Assembly (NCBI GenBank): GCA_030141605.1
Contig: JAQGDQ010000007.1
Span: forward strand, 1,413,173 to 1,477,172
Origin: Tubiluchus corallicola
Lineage: Eukaryota; Animalia; Priapulida
DNA: 64,000 nucleotides
Direction: 5' to 3'
The notes under the pieces were generated by a model that saw only the letters and a program-made list of their open reading frames with translations, was not told where the DNA came from and made no database searches. Made by a program: the position numbers and the translations under genes. This document shows positions 1 through 12,579 of this stretch, piece by piece (position 1 is the first letter of the stretch; each line of letters begins with the position of its first letter).

Positions 1-251
1 GCCCATAAACATAGGTTATCGTTGAAGGAATGGCTCAGAGGAATATATAGAATGTCGAGGATTTGATTCAGAAAGCCCAAGAAAAGATTTTGAGGGACAG
101 CATAGAATACCGAGATAATAACAAAATATCACAAAAGACATATAAAAGAAATGCCACGAAACTTTGAGCAAATTACACTTTTAGTAACTCTTAAATTAAA
201 AGCAAGATTTAACCGTCAAAGACACGCCCACCTGTGCACAATTGCACTCAC

Positions 252-406
252 GATTGCTGCCCATCAATCCATAAATTCACAGAATCCCGTCTCACGTAGA
301 ACAAATACTGATTTCCCCCATTTGCTGAACTAGTGGCATATGATATGAATGTAAGATCATCTGCTGTTCCTCCAGCACCGGTATTAGGGACGTCAGTTTT
401 CACCCA
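252..406 (-). CDS. Internal exon of pentraxin paralogue B (gene continues off the left edge)
   Basis: tttag|TGG...CAATC|gtgagt, 155 nt, phase 0 to 2. Translates WVKTDVPNTGAGGTADDLTFISYATSSANGGNQYLFYVRRDSVNLWIDGQQ, colinear with exon 15526-15683 (WMKTDVP..SYAT..NQF) with the same splice phases. Confidence 0.8.
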
Positions 407-2959
407 CTAAAGCAATACACCAAATACACAAATGAGAATTTTTACGTGTTCTTTCGCATTAATTTATAATTAGCTATAACTTTCCAATAATTTTCCGGTA
501 TAATAATATTATTTAATGTAAAAAAGCACCGTGTTAACATACAATGGTTGAATTAAATGTTAACATAAAAATCCGATTGCCTAGATCACTTTTTGGCAAG
601 ACGTTTGACAATGATGTTCAAAATGGTATTTGTTGGTCGTTAACTATGTTTAGTCCTTTGTAAAGCGTAATATATACATGAATATCTTATTTATTCTACA
701 CGTTGAATGTCTAAAAATTAGGCAGATTGGTGATAAATAAAAAATCTCATAACAAAGAAAATGAAAGCTACACAATGTTTTGATCCGAACCTCTGCTAAT
801 ACACTACAAACAGTTTTATTTTTTGCGTTTTCCGCTTAGTCCAGCATAAACCGTTTACAATGCTTCATTAAATATAATCCAGGGCATCGTGTTTCCATGC
901 TGTAGTTTATGTATCGTGTATTGAGTTGTTGCGACTAGTGCTTTGTGTGTGTTTTTTTTCTTTTGTGGTTTTTATTTACTATGTGCATAGTGCTTCTCCT
1001 CTGCTTGCATTCCTTTGCACGTGACTTTAGTGAATACGTTTATATTACAAAGTTCAAAACATTAATGTTTAATCGTTTGTGCTTTTTACTTAAAGATGAT
1101 TCATAGTGGTGGTTTGAAATGTCGTGTATATTTTTTTGGGAGGGAGGAGGATTTTTTATTAAACCTTTCTACAGTTTTGTTGTGTGCACGAGCAGTTGCT
1201 GTAGGTCAAAGATTAAGAGTGTCACACAACGCATCTCAACTACAACCGGCACGTGACATGTGGGTAAAGTAAAGCCGTCTGCAGCGACAGTTCAGTAAAT
1301 TCAACTGTTTTACGAGGACTTTACTTAATTATTCATTAGTCTGTGAGTAGAATGATTTACTAGTAAGATCTTGCTTGGGAACAAGAGAAAAAGAAAACTA
1401 AGTAAGGTTTTAGCTAGCTGTTAAAACTGTTATTATTATCAGGAAGGGCTGCGAAGCGTTGTCAAGTGTACACAAATGCGTTGTCTGGTACACTTAACGT
1501 TTAACCTTTTCACGATCATCATCAATCGCTGGACCTGTGAAAAGGCTTATTGTACTGTTTCTTGACATTAAGAATTATCTCCGTGCTTGTTAAATTGGCT
1601 ATACTTTTCTTAGAACATTTTCCTCCTTTGGATATGCTGCATAGCTTTAGTTTTTTATTTGAAACAAATTTTAAAACAAAACAGAATTTGATCAAATTTT
1701 ACTTACCATACACGTTGTTATTTCATCCAAGTTAGTATCAATGACATCGTTTAGCTTTATATAGTCGCTAGTTCCACGTATAGGAAATGTAACCATCGTC
1801 GCGTCGGTTTCAACTTGTGGTGCAACTTCAACGTAAAAACACGTAGGTGTTAAGCCTGGAATTAAAAAACCTAAAATAAAGCCTGAGTACTAATTAGAAA
1901 TTTAAACGACAAAGTTGATACGTTTGCAGAAATCTTACAATTCAAGCATTAAAATCACTTAATCCTGGTAGATTCTGCTTCTGTGACGTTGAATGCTTTT
2001 ACTTTACATGTCAACAAATGAACAATGTAAAAGTAAACAATAAAGTTTGTTACTCCAAATGAAATGAGATCAAATTTGTTTCAAGGTCACAATTTTGGCT
2101 TCATTGACTCCAATATGCTGACTATGTATAAGAACTGCGCTTTATGTGAATTTAGTTTTGACATGAAACTGAAGGCCGGTTTTAAGCCAATCAGACAGAT
2201 TTGTTCAAATTGGGCCTCGCGCACACGCGCTAGCGGAGGATGTTATGACGCATTAATGAGTGTCTAGTGTGCACGAAGTTTCGTGATACTATGCAGGCAG
2301 TTAAACTATCCTGTCTCTCTTCGTATATCTATGTTTCAATGTTTTTGCTGATCATTTTGTAATTTCAGATTATCGCCACCATTTACCTTTTAAAAAGATA
2401 ACTGGCGAGCCCTACATGGATTAGTTTTCTCGTCATTAGATTTTAATTTTACTAATTTGTGAATGATGTTCAAATCCTCAACACGGAAAGAGCGACACAG
2501 GGCGAAGTTATCTGAGCAGCAATCATAAACGAGCACTGGCAAAGACTAATGCAGCCGAAAATGAACAACGTGCTGAGGATGAAGAAAACAAGAACAACTC
2601 AGAAAATGACAACACAGCCATGAGTCCAATGATTTTGAAAGATTTTTTTATAAAAAAGCCAGATTAGTCTTTTTTGAGAAAACCTATGCACAAAGAGTAT
2701 ATCAGTAATTATTGTGACTTAGTATAAGTCACATTAAAACTTTCATATGGGCTTTCAATTTTTAGTATATCATTGTGGCTAATGGTGGAACATCAAGATC
2801 TCGGCGCTTTTTGGCTGAAACTAGCGTACAACACAAAGCATAAAATATCAATCTTCAGCTTCAGCTTTCGAAGGATAGGGGGCAAAAATTTTCTAAATGG
2901 ACTCCGCGTCGGCCCTGGCTGAGGTATAATCCTGTACATGCTATCCGCAAAAAAATCAG

Positions 2960-3450
2960 CAAAATAAGGTTATTTGCAGATGACTGCAGTATGTGTTGAC
3001 AAATTTGCACTGCACAAGATCGGGTTTTACTTCAGAATGACAATACTTTGCAAAATTGGGCAGTTTATGCTTTTCAGCACAATTAAATGAGATTCTGCAG
3101 ATGAAGATTAAAGTTTTTGTTCACATAATAGTTAAGCAATGTACAATTTGAAATTGAAGACTAGGCGAGGTATATCGGTGTTACATTTAAGCAAAAACCA
3201 GGAATACCAATAACCATGTCGACATTATGGCAAAACAGGCAGCCACTTAGAATTTTTTACAACTCGACCTGAACAACAGACAGAAACAATAAAACAACAT
3301 AATTACATCTCGCTGGTAAGGTCGGAGATGAAGTACAACACAACAATCTGGAACCAACACTTTAAAAGGATAGTCATACATCGGAAAAAAATCAAAAGAC
3401 GGGCAACTAGGTTTGTACTCAGTGACTATCATAATCATAGCAGTATATCA
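2960..3450 (+). mobile_element. Degenerate CR1/L2-type LINE RT 3' fragment
   Basis: Broken translation gives KIRLFADDC...LLQND..LQNWA, YIGVT, NYISLVRSEMKYNTTIWNQH and RATRFVLSDY, which are typical CR1-clade RT/C-terminal motifs. Stops and frameshifts present. Confidence 0.65.
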
Positions 3451-3897
3451 AACTCAGGAAAAAGTCACAATTAGTTTTGGCTGCGATTAGAGTTAGTGTA
3501 CACGTGCAATTACCTTCTATATCATCAACTCCAAATTTAACTGCCTTTCTAAACTTGTGAAGGTAGGGCTGCAATGGGTTGAAATATCCTGTAAATAATA
3601 ATATTTCAAATTAAGTTACAAGCTAAAAACTGCGCAATTAAAATCAAATTTATTTTTACATATTAAAACTCAGATCTTGCGTTTTTTTAAGACACCATGT
3701 GCAGTGGTGTAGGGTGGATTTGACTGCTCTATGTGGTACCTGTATTTATATAGTTAGATTTACTGTTTACCTATTTTTAGCAGGCTTTGTGATTTTTAAT
3801 GGCCTTGAAGCTTTTACAGTCTTTTTCTTTGTACTTTCCATGCGATTATGAGATACTTCTATTGTTTGTTATGAAACCCTTCTGCCTTGAAGATGAA

Positions 3898-4792
3898 GGA
3901 TGCGCGGTAAAAGTGGCACAGGAAAAAATGACAGTAAAATGGCACTGGTAAAAATGGCTCGAATGGAAAAGAATGTAAAAACGGCACAGAAAAATGGCAC
4001 ATACGTTATTTTGATGCAATTAATTTTAATAATAAAACTAGAATGCGCTCAGTAGAAGCAGATCTCTGCCAAAGCTGAACAATCCTAAACTTATTCGTCT
4101 GATTCTTCTGATTAAAAAAAACAACACAAAGATAAACATTGTCCCACATAGTGCTTACCTATCGTTTAACAATTCATTTTGGTAATTGTAATAGACTGAC
4201 AGATATATACCTACCAAGTCATTTATTAGGCTATACACATTAATAAAAAAAGTTAGGTGGAGATAACAAAAAAGAAGTACTAAACCCTCACTACACATTA
4301 ATAAAGAAAGTTGAGTGGAGATAGCAAAAAAGAAGAACTAAACACTCCGTCTGAGATCTTCATGGAGTACTTCACGAATATTTTTTGTACGTAGTGTTCG
4401 GTTAAGTTTTGAGAAAAAAGAACCGGCACAAAGATTCCCATTTTGGCACCCCCTAAGCCCGCCTTTCTTCACAAAGTTTCTTAGAAATCTGTTAGATAGT
4501 TTTTGCATAATAGGCTTACTGCCTCAACAGACGAAAACAGTCAAACAAACAGACAAACGAACAAACTGTGTTGAAGTATGGCTTCTTTGGCAGAAGTAGC
4601 TAAAATAATTATTCCCATTATCCCCCACTATAACCCTAACCTCAAACACATATACTTACACCAACCCTAAATACTTTACCAGGCGTACCATTTTTATCTA
4701 CTTTCTATTTGTGCCATTTTTTTCTGCGCCATTTTATTCTTGAACCATTTTTACTGTGATATTTTTTCTGTGCCATTTTTTACTTACATTCG
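3898..4792. mobile_element. Composite non-autonomous element: outer MITE with AAAATGGCAC subterminal repeats plus inner Helentron/HINE-like module
   Basis: Repeats of aaaatggcac at the left end and gtgccatttt at the right end. Inner inverted pair tctgccaaag (~4065) / ctttggcaga (~4585), and an acaa/acag microsatellite near 4545. Homologous to 35330-37570. Confidence 0.6.
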
Positions 4793-5259
4793 CGTTGAAA
4801 GTATGATATATTTTATTATAATAATTTCTAAAAAAAAAATAAATTGTTTAGATTTGCATGTGTAGTTCATTATCGTTATACTCTAAGTGTTCGGTTTATG
4901 TAACGGCGTATCAGAAGATCTATGCAGATGAGTGTGCAGATACCAAACCATGTAGTGTTTTATATATGATACAAATAATTTTAAATTGAACTTTATCGGC
5001 AGCCAGGCCGTGCGATCAATGATAAAAAGTAATTAGAAGGAAGGTTTAAAACTTGAAACACTGTTAATATTGTCATTGCAGCTTTCCTAGTTTGACTCAG
5101 GGCGCACACGAATGCAAAACCCGCTTGCAATAACTTGTATGAGACAGACTTTTACTCGTTTGAGGACTCAAACATTTTACCAACTTTGTTTATTAACGTG
5201 CTTTAATTTTCTGTTTCAGACAAATTGATCGCGCTGTTGTCTGTCTCAGACTAAACCAG

Positions 5260-5336
5260 GAGCCGGTTTCACAAAGCCGTCACTAAGTTAACGACGTCGT
5301 TATTACATTTTACTAACGGCTTTGTGAAATCGGGCC
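5260..5336. mobile_element. 77-bp miniature inverted-repeat element (Harbinger-like, CAG target duplication)
   Basis: TIR gagccggtttcacaaagccgt / acggctttgtgaaatcgggcc, flanked on both sides by CAG. Confidence 0.55.
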
Positions 5337-5924
5337 CAGAACAGATCAACAAAAACAATTGTTTTGATCACGTGTCATCATCACCCATGACACAGTTTGC
5401 TTCATACAAAAGTTGTCGTATGCAGGAAAATTTTGTCTGAGACAATTTCGGTCAAAAAACTTTTCGCAGATAATTTTCCTACCATATGCAACTAATATAA
5501 TTAGTCAGTTTTCTACAGTTTGATAAGGCCGCACACTTTACAAAGTAGCTTACCCGATATATTTCCAGCCTTTCTCCTTCCGTAGCCGCTGCTTCCCCTG
5601 TATGCATTACGACTTCCACCTGATTGCGCCATTATATCCAGACAAGCAAAAACAAATCCAGCCACGGAATACTAAAATAAATAGACAAATAGTTGTGCAT
5701 CACTTTCTTTTTTCAGAGATGTTTAAGCTGCATTGTTATAATATTGTACTGTTTATGGCAATAAATTATCCACTAATACTAGAAAGGAAATTGATTTTAT
5801 TTTTTGTGGACAAAGACTTTTGCGCGACTTACATAATACCATGTGTGAAAGTTTGACTGTAATAAGTTATGCTGCAGAGGAGCAAGTCACTGCAGAAAAC
5901 CAAATCCGTAAAGCAAGTGTGAAT

Positions 5925-6300
5925 GTTGGATTTGACCGAGTTACACTGCACATGATTCATACACCAAATGTAAATGTTAGATCGGGTCAAGTTACACTGC
6001 ATAGGATTTTAACTGTACCAAGTGTATATGATAAACTAGACTGAAATGCATTGCAGAGCATAAAGTATGTATTAAGTGAAAATGTCAGTATGGATCAAGT
6101 TACACTGTAAACGACCTAGTCCGCATCAAGTCAGACTGGACCGAGTTACATTGTATAGGGAAGAACCTGTGCCAAGTGCAAAAACCTATCTAACTTGCAC
6201 TGAAACAGACTTAATCCGCATCAAGCATAGCAGAGTTACACAACAGAGGCCAATTAAATACAGGCCAAGTTTAAATGCCAGACTGAGGCAAGACTAGTAA
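5925..6300. repeat. Degenerate ~50-bp tandem repeat
   Basis: Recurrent gaccgagttacactgca-like motif at about 5934, 5985, 6040, 6092, 6139 and 6232. Confidence 0.45.
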
Positions 6301-8099
6301 GACGTTTTGGTCTGAACTAGCTTTGTCAGTGTAAATCGGGTATTAATAAAGAAATTATTTCAAATGGCATGTACTTTTTGGCTTCTAAGTTTTAATAAAA
6401 TTTGAACGTTTTGAATTTTTAAATGCTACTTGCGATAATGAAATTATTTCAACTGAAAAGCTTACCCATCTCTTCATTGATAAAGGAAGACCTTTATTTA
6501 CTAAAAGGTAAGCGAGACGAAAAAGATTCTAGATATATTCGTTTGGACCACCACAACAAACTGCTGTTGCGGCGTAGTCGACAAGAATGTTATAAAGTAG
6601 CCTTTGAAGTAAGTGACCTGTGGTAAAGAGAAAAATTACTGCTATATGCAATGTTACCAAAACGTTTTTGTGACGTTTTTGACACGCGTTTCTGCCTAAT
6701 AATTTATTTACTTTTACATTTATTGTTTCACTTCGGATTCGAGGTTCATATCAAATTCAAATTACAAACAAACACAGACAAATGAATATAAAGTTACAAA
6801 ACTCACAAATTACTGTCGTTTACCGATATTTAAGAGACGAATACCCGCAAAAAAATATATATAAAAAAACAAATATAGATAAATAGATAATACATTCAAA
6901 TTACCGACATATTCAGACATGAAGCTCAAAAATCAAAATGAATATTAATAATACGCAAAATTGTATTACACCAAGGACCTTGATTACACCTAGACACACA
7001 AATTTATGACACAATTATTATCATATCATATCACATTTATCATATAATATAAAGTTAAAGCACTTTAATTAGACGAATAAAAATAATCTACACACTACTC
7101 CTGAGCAAGTGAGTGGGTTGCACCAAACTGGTGATGACATTACTATTTAAAGTCGCAATTAAAGAACTATATACAATACTTCAGAGCCTACAAGATAAAC
7201 TATACAAATAGTTTCTTAAAGTAAAACCAAACTACCCTGTGCTTGACAAACAAAGCTCTTACACTGTAGTCAAATGGCTTCTTAGTTTACGTAGTGACAA
7301 TTATGAGGCACCTTCAATTTTTCTATGTTATGATTGTTGCGTCTCCAAATTACCATACCGTTAAAGAAGTGGTGTGTCCGAGAAATAAATACAGTAACGA
7401 CAAGAGAACATTTGAAAAACTTTTAAATAAGCTTATTGGCTCGTAGTCAAAGCAACGACCGTTGTTACTGCCTCCACGAGTATATTGGGAAGCCGCTTAT
7501 ACCTTTAAAGGCGTTTTAATCCATAAGCCTTGTTATGCTACTATTAAATTTCACTTTTTAGCCTTGTTATGGACCGGCTCTGACAGCAAAAACTAGCGTT
7601 GACACGGTACAGGAATTACCAGTGAACCATAACAAATTGCCGCTAACAATAATGTAAGTTGCTTTCAGCTAAAACCAGGCGCAGCAATAAAAAAGTCACT
7701 CGATTATATTTACAGTTATTTATTCATTTACCTATATTTTCTTAATAATTTACTTTACAATTGACGCGCTACGTCAGTCTGTTACATTGTTGTGAGCGTG
7801 GCTGTACGTTTATTGTTAACGGAAAAGATCACAACTTTAAAGCAAATGAAACTTTAATTACACGATTTAACGCTAAAAAATAACTATGTAGCAAGCTTTT
7901 TCCGTAGTAACTAAGACAAAGGAAGTATAAGTTCTTTATTCCTTCACAAGATGTTGGTGATAGCCAAGAAGCCTACATGACTATGATAATACAGTTTGTA
8001 GTCTGCTGGACTGAATGAAAAAAAATCCAGTACCGCGTACTCCGTTCAAATAGACATGTCATTCACTATATGAAATTGTTTTTCAATAAGAAACAATGC

Positions 8100-8700
8100 T
8101 AAAGGACAAGAAAAGGGATACCTGAAGTAGGTTTCAGAAAAATCACCTTAAAAGTTATATTATTTTATAGAAACTTTGTGCATGTACCGTACTCGCGTTG
8201 AAAGAATTTTTTGTTTGTTTTCATTTTAAATCTGTTCCGACCGCGCCATTACATGACGTCATATACGCACAACGTAAATCAGAGGAAGAAAAGGAAATGT
8301 TAAACTATGTCCCAAAAAAATTTCCATGCAAAGAGACTTAGCATTTCGCTTACCTGCTTGAAAGACGTATGTAACTAGAAAAGAAAATTATTAGTTATTT
8401 AAAATGTTTTCACCAATTGGTAAAATGTCGTTGAAACACCTCCCGGTGCACTGCTCACTAACCGAAAACGTATTTTTAATTTTATTGACAAGAAACAGTA
8501 ATCTAAAATTTAGCTTAGCTAGTGACATGTGCGCTACGAATGTTCTGATTATTACTTGGCTGCGTCTAGCGGTCACCGCTGAAATTTAAATGTACATGTT
8601 TTATACAGCGTTACTTCCGACACAAGCCCTGTATGCAAAAAGACAGTGCGTAAGTAGTATAAAATTTAAAGAGACGAATTATTAAATTTTATGTAAGTGG
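8100..8700 (+). mobile_element. Interspersed repeat, Kolobok-like non-autonomous element
   Basis: aaaggacaagaaaagggatacc... and cgcttacctgcttgaaagac...ctagaaaagaaaatt match 54500-55092 and 57300-57700 in reverse complement. The 55 kb copy ends in CCT|TTAA. Confidence 0.5.
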
Positions 8701-9061
8701 ATTGTTTTTTGCGCTTTGACCGTTGGCACGCAAATCACTGCATGCTTCACTTATTTTTTTAAGAAATTAAATGAACCAAAAACTTCAGCCTATATGACTG
8801 CGATTTCACTAAGAAAAATCGACCTAGTTATGTATGGGTGACGATTAGAAGTTCCATAGTCGAAACTAAAACTATAAATGAAACTGGATTTTTAAAAAAA
8901 TAAGAAATCAGTACAATGCGTTTGACGCCTTAGTACTTAGTAGGCGTACAAGTATAAATGAATTGTTGAACAGAAAATGGCAATCATAATTGGCCGATAT
9001 TTAAGCCATAATAAGATTTATTTAATGTTTATTTTGTTTTATAATCCTTCAAATTGGTACA

Positions 9062-9610
<549 letters not shown>

Positions 9611-10986
9611 GCGATACAAAGCCACATTTAATTAAGTTATTAAATTTTGTGATCAAAAGGAATGAATTTCGGACTGGATTTTTCGCGGAGACATACAGTG
9701 ACCCAGTCGTTTAAAGCGTCTTCTTGTAAGTAAAATGTCACTGGTTCAAATACAAGCTGTATTCCAAATTTTTTCCGTCGTTCAAGTTAAGCATCAAAAT
9801 TGTAATTTTGCGTCGTGACTTTTTGACCCGCTTGAGTTAGGACCCGAAAATTGAAAATATGTCCATCTTTGATGAAAAATTACTCCTACAAGAAGCGCCA
9901 CCTACCAAGACGGAGCACAGTGGTGATTGTTTCAATTTTCTATCCAACGATGTGCCACACAGCTGCCACTGCCACAGGCCAGCCATGCTACGCCCGTATT
10001 TCTGGACCAATGTCGGTACCATACTTATATATTGCAGGTATCAACATGGTTTCCCTTAAACGCTCAGTGAACGAAAGCCATACAGAGACTTACCATGTAT
10101 CATTTGTTTCGCCCTAAAACGTAAAGTAGAATCGCGTGCGCCACTCAAAATTGCGAGTTTCATTTAGCCATAAAGTGGCGATATGTAAGATGCTAGATAC
10201 TGAGAATGTGCACATTCAGAATCTGGTTAAATTTTTGCTCTATGAGGCTTAGTTCTGAGATACGAATCTTTTAGGAATAACTAAAAAACTAGACAGGGCT
10301 ACTTGACCAAATTTGGTTTACTTTGGTCTACCCAAATAGCCAGGGTAGAAGGTCACCTTGCCTTATAATTTTGGGTCGTGACCCTTTGACCCGCCTGAGT
10401 TATGACCCGAAAACCGTCGAAATATGTTTATTTTTGAAAAGCTATTGTTCTTATAAGAAGTACAACTTATCCAAACAAAAATAAGCAAGTAAAGTACTAG
10501 GCCTTGGTTATAAACACCCGCCCCTTTTGGTCGAACCCGAACTGTTGCTGTTTCACAAGGTGTTAAACATGCAGTTGTCAATGCAATTCTTAATATCTTG
10601 GGCAATAGGAAAAAAACGACATGGCTTCCTTTAAAGGTTCTGTAAAAATACATAACATAACAGATTTGCCATGAAACATAGAATAAGATTTTTTGTTTAT
10701 CCGAAAATAACCGAAATATAGCAAATTGCACAAACGAGATGTTTCCCTTAATATATGAGACGAAGGGGTCGAAATGCCTAATTTGCGAAGCCATATCTCT
10801 TAAAAAAGCCTAACGGAAGCTATTTTGAATCACGTTACTCACCACTGAAATCCTGAAAACAGAACTGTCCTTGTGGCCCTAGGCTGAGAAATCAATAAGA
10901 CCTCAAGGTCTTAATTTTTGCGGTAACTCACCAACACTTTATCTTTACGTTACTCAAGGCAAAGGCACCACTTACCTAGATGGCAG

Positions 10987-11061
10987 CGGTAAAGTGCAGA
11001 GAACCACAGAATGGTAATATACAATGTAAATTTCTATTCTGTGGTTCTCTGCAATTTACCG
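10987..11061. repeat. Short hairpin/mini-MITE
   Basis: cggtaaagtgcagagaaccacagaat ... attctgtggttctctgcaatttaccg: 26-bp inverted repeat with 1 mismatch. Confidence 0.6.
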
Positions 11062-12280
11062 ATGACAGTTTTGAGCCTGAGCAGACCAGGTGTACTGACT
11101 TAATGTCAGGTTTAAAAGGAAAAGAAGACTAAAAAGACTGATACTCGCTGCTCTTTTCTTTGGCTTTGTGTTGAGTAGTAGATGTGTGTAGCCACTAAAA
11201 TTACTATCATTACATTCATTTGCAGAAATGCCATGAGGCATGTTAATCCTAAATAAAGCATGTTTGAGAAATTGCAGGCTGAAATAAGTTAGTATCGGTT
11301 TATCTAAAATGTTTTTGTGAGTTACAACTTACAATAGTAATATTAAAACAATTATGATCATTGCAAAATTGGTCAGTAACTTCTGATCTAGGTAAAATAT
11401 AGTTTTCATAAAATTTAACCAGAAATGTTAATTATAATCTCTAATTACTGTGCATTTTTAACCCAGAAAGTTGTGAATAACAGTCTATTTTTAGATCATA
11501 GATTTGATCTGGAGTATACAGTATATTATTGTTTATACAGCCAGCAATGGAACACTATACAGGACTCCTATAGTTTCCGTACAGCTGTAGTTTAGTAAAT
11601 AAATTGTTTGCCTTCTTATTTGATATATTCCAAGATTATTTTTGGTCGTCTGTGGTGTTTGTAATGCTGTGATGTAATTTGTGTAAGATTGTGTGACTTA
11701 GCACATGTGTGTGCAAATTGTTAAATGCACCAGAGATACCAGTGACCTCACCGACAAAATTAAAGCAACTTATTTTTGCCTGTACAAAGCTTTTAATCAA
11801 TTTTTAAATGTAAGATGGTTATCACAAATGTCTAAATTATATTTTGACATCTAATCATATTTTGTCTTCAGCATTTAATAAACTTAGAGATAATATTTAT
11901 TTAATTTTTCAAATTAATTAAGTGTACAGCAATAATGGTTAATGGCTTTTATAATTTAAATAAAGTTTCACACTGCAACAAAATAATAAAAGAATTATCA
12001 TTAAATTTTTGTGTTTAATTTTAATAATGCTGTATTAACCTAGTAACATTTATGTTTAAAATGAATGTGTTTGTTATACTAGCTTTTATGCAGAAGTGTT
12101 TCAACATTAAATCAAACCTATTTTCTAAAACTAGAAAAGACAACGCAATGCTGCTGGCAATCTAATAGACAGGCCTATTTAATCTAATTTTTTATTGGGG
12201 GAAAAACTTATCAGTCCCAACATACCTATCGAGATTTTTATTCTTGCATTCGTAGTTTTCTGTATAGCTACTGTAGCACC

Positions 12281-12579
12281 TTAATGGTAATGCTTTTTCT
12301 TTGAAATGACGCTTTTGAATAGTTTTGCAATACGGGCCAAAAATTCATAGATATGCTGTAAAATTTCAAAGGCATCACAGATTAAGGAAGCAGTTTGTTG
12401 TGCAAAGTTGATCAGAAAGTTGATTAAAGTTTCAAATTGTTCTTCCGTTAAAATGCATCTTTCCGTAAACACTGCACTAGGACAAGTTGACGCGGTTTCC
12501 TGTACGCTGACTGTCTCCATTGTTATATCACCCCATGTGAACAGAGTGCCGGTATTTGAACAACTCGTGCTCATTGCTT
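12281..12579 (-). CDS. Pentraxin A last exon (end of domain plus helical tail)
   Basis: tttcag|AAGCAATG; AMSTSCSNTGTLFTWGD...FLARIAKLFKSVISKKKHYH*. AATAAA signals downstream at about 12191 and 12237. Confidence 0.85.
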
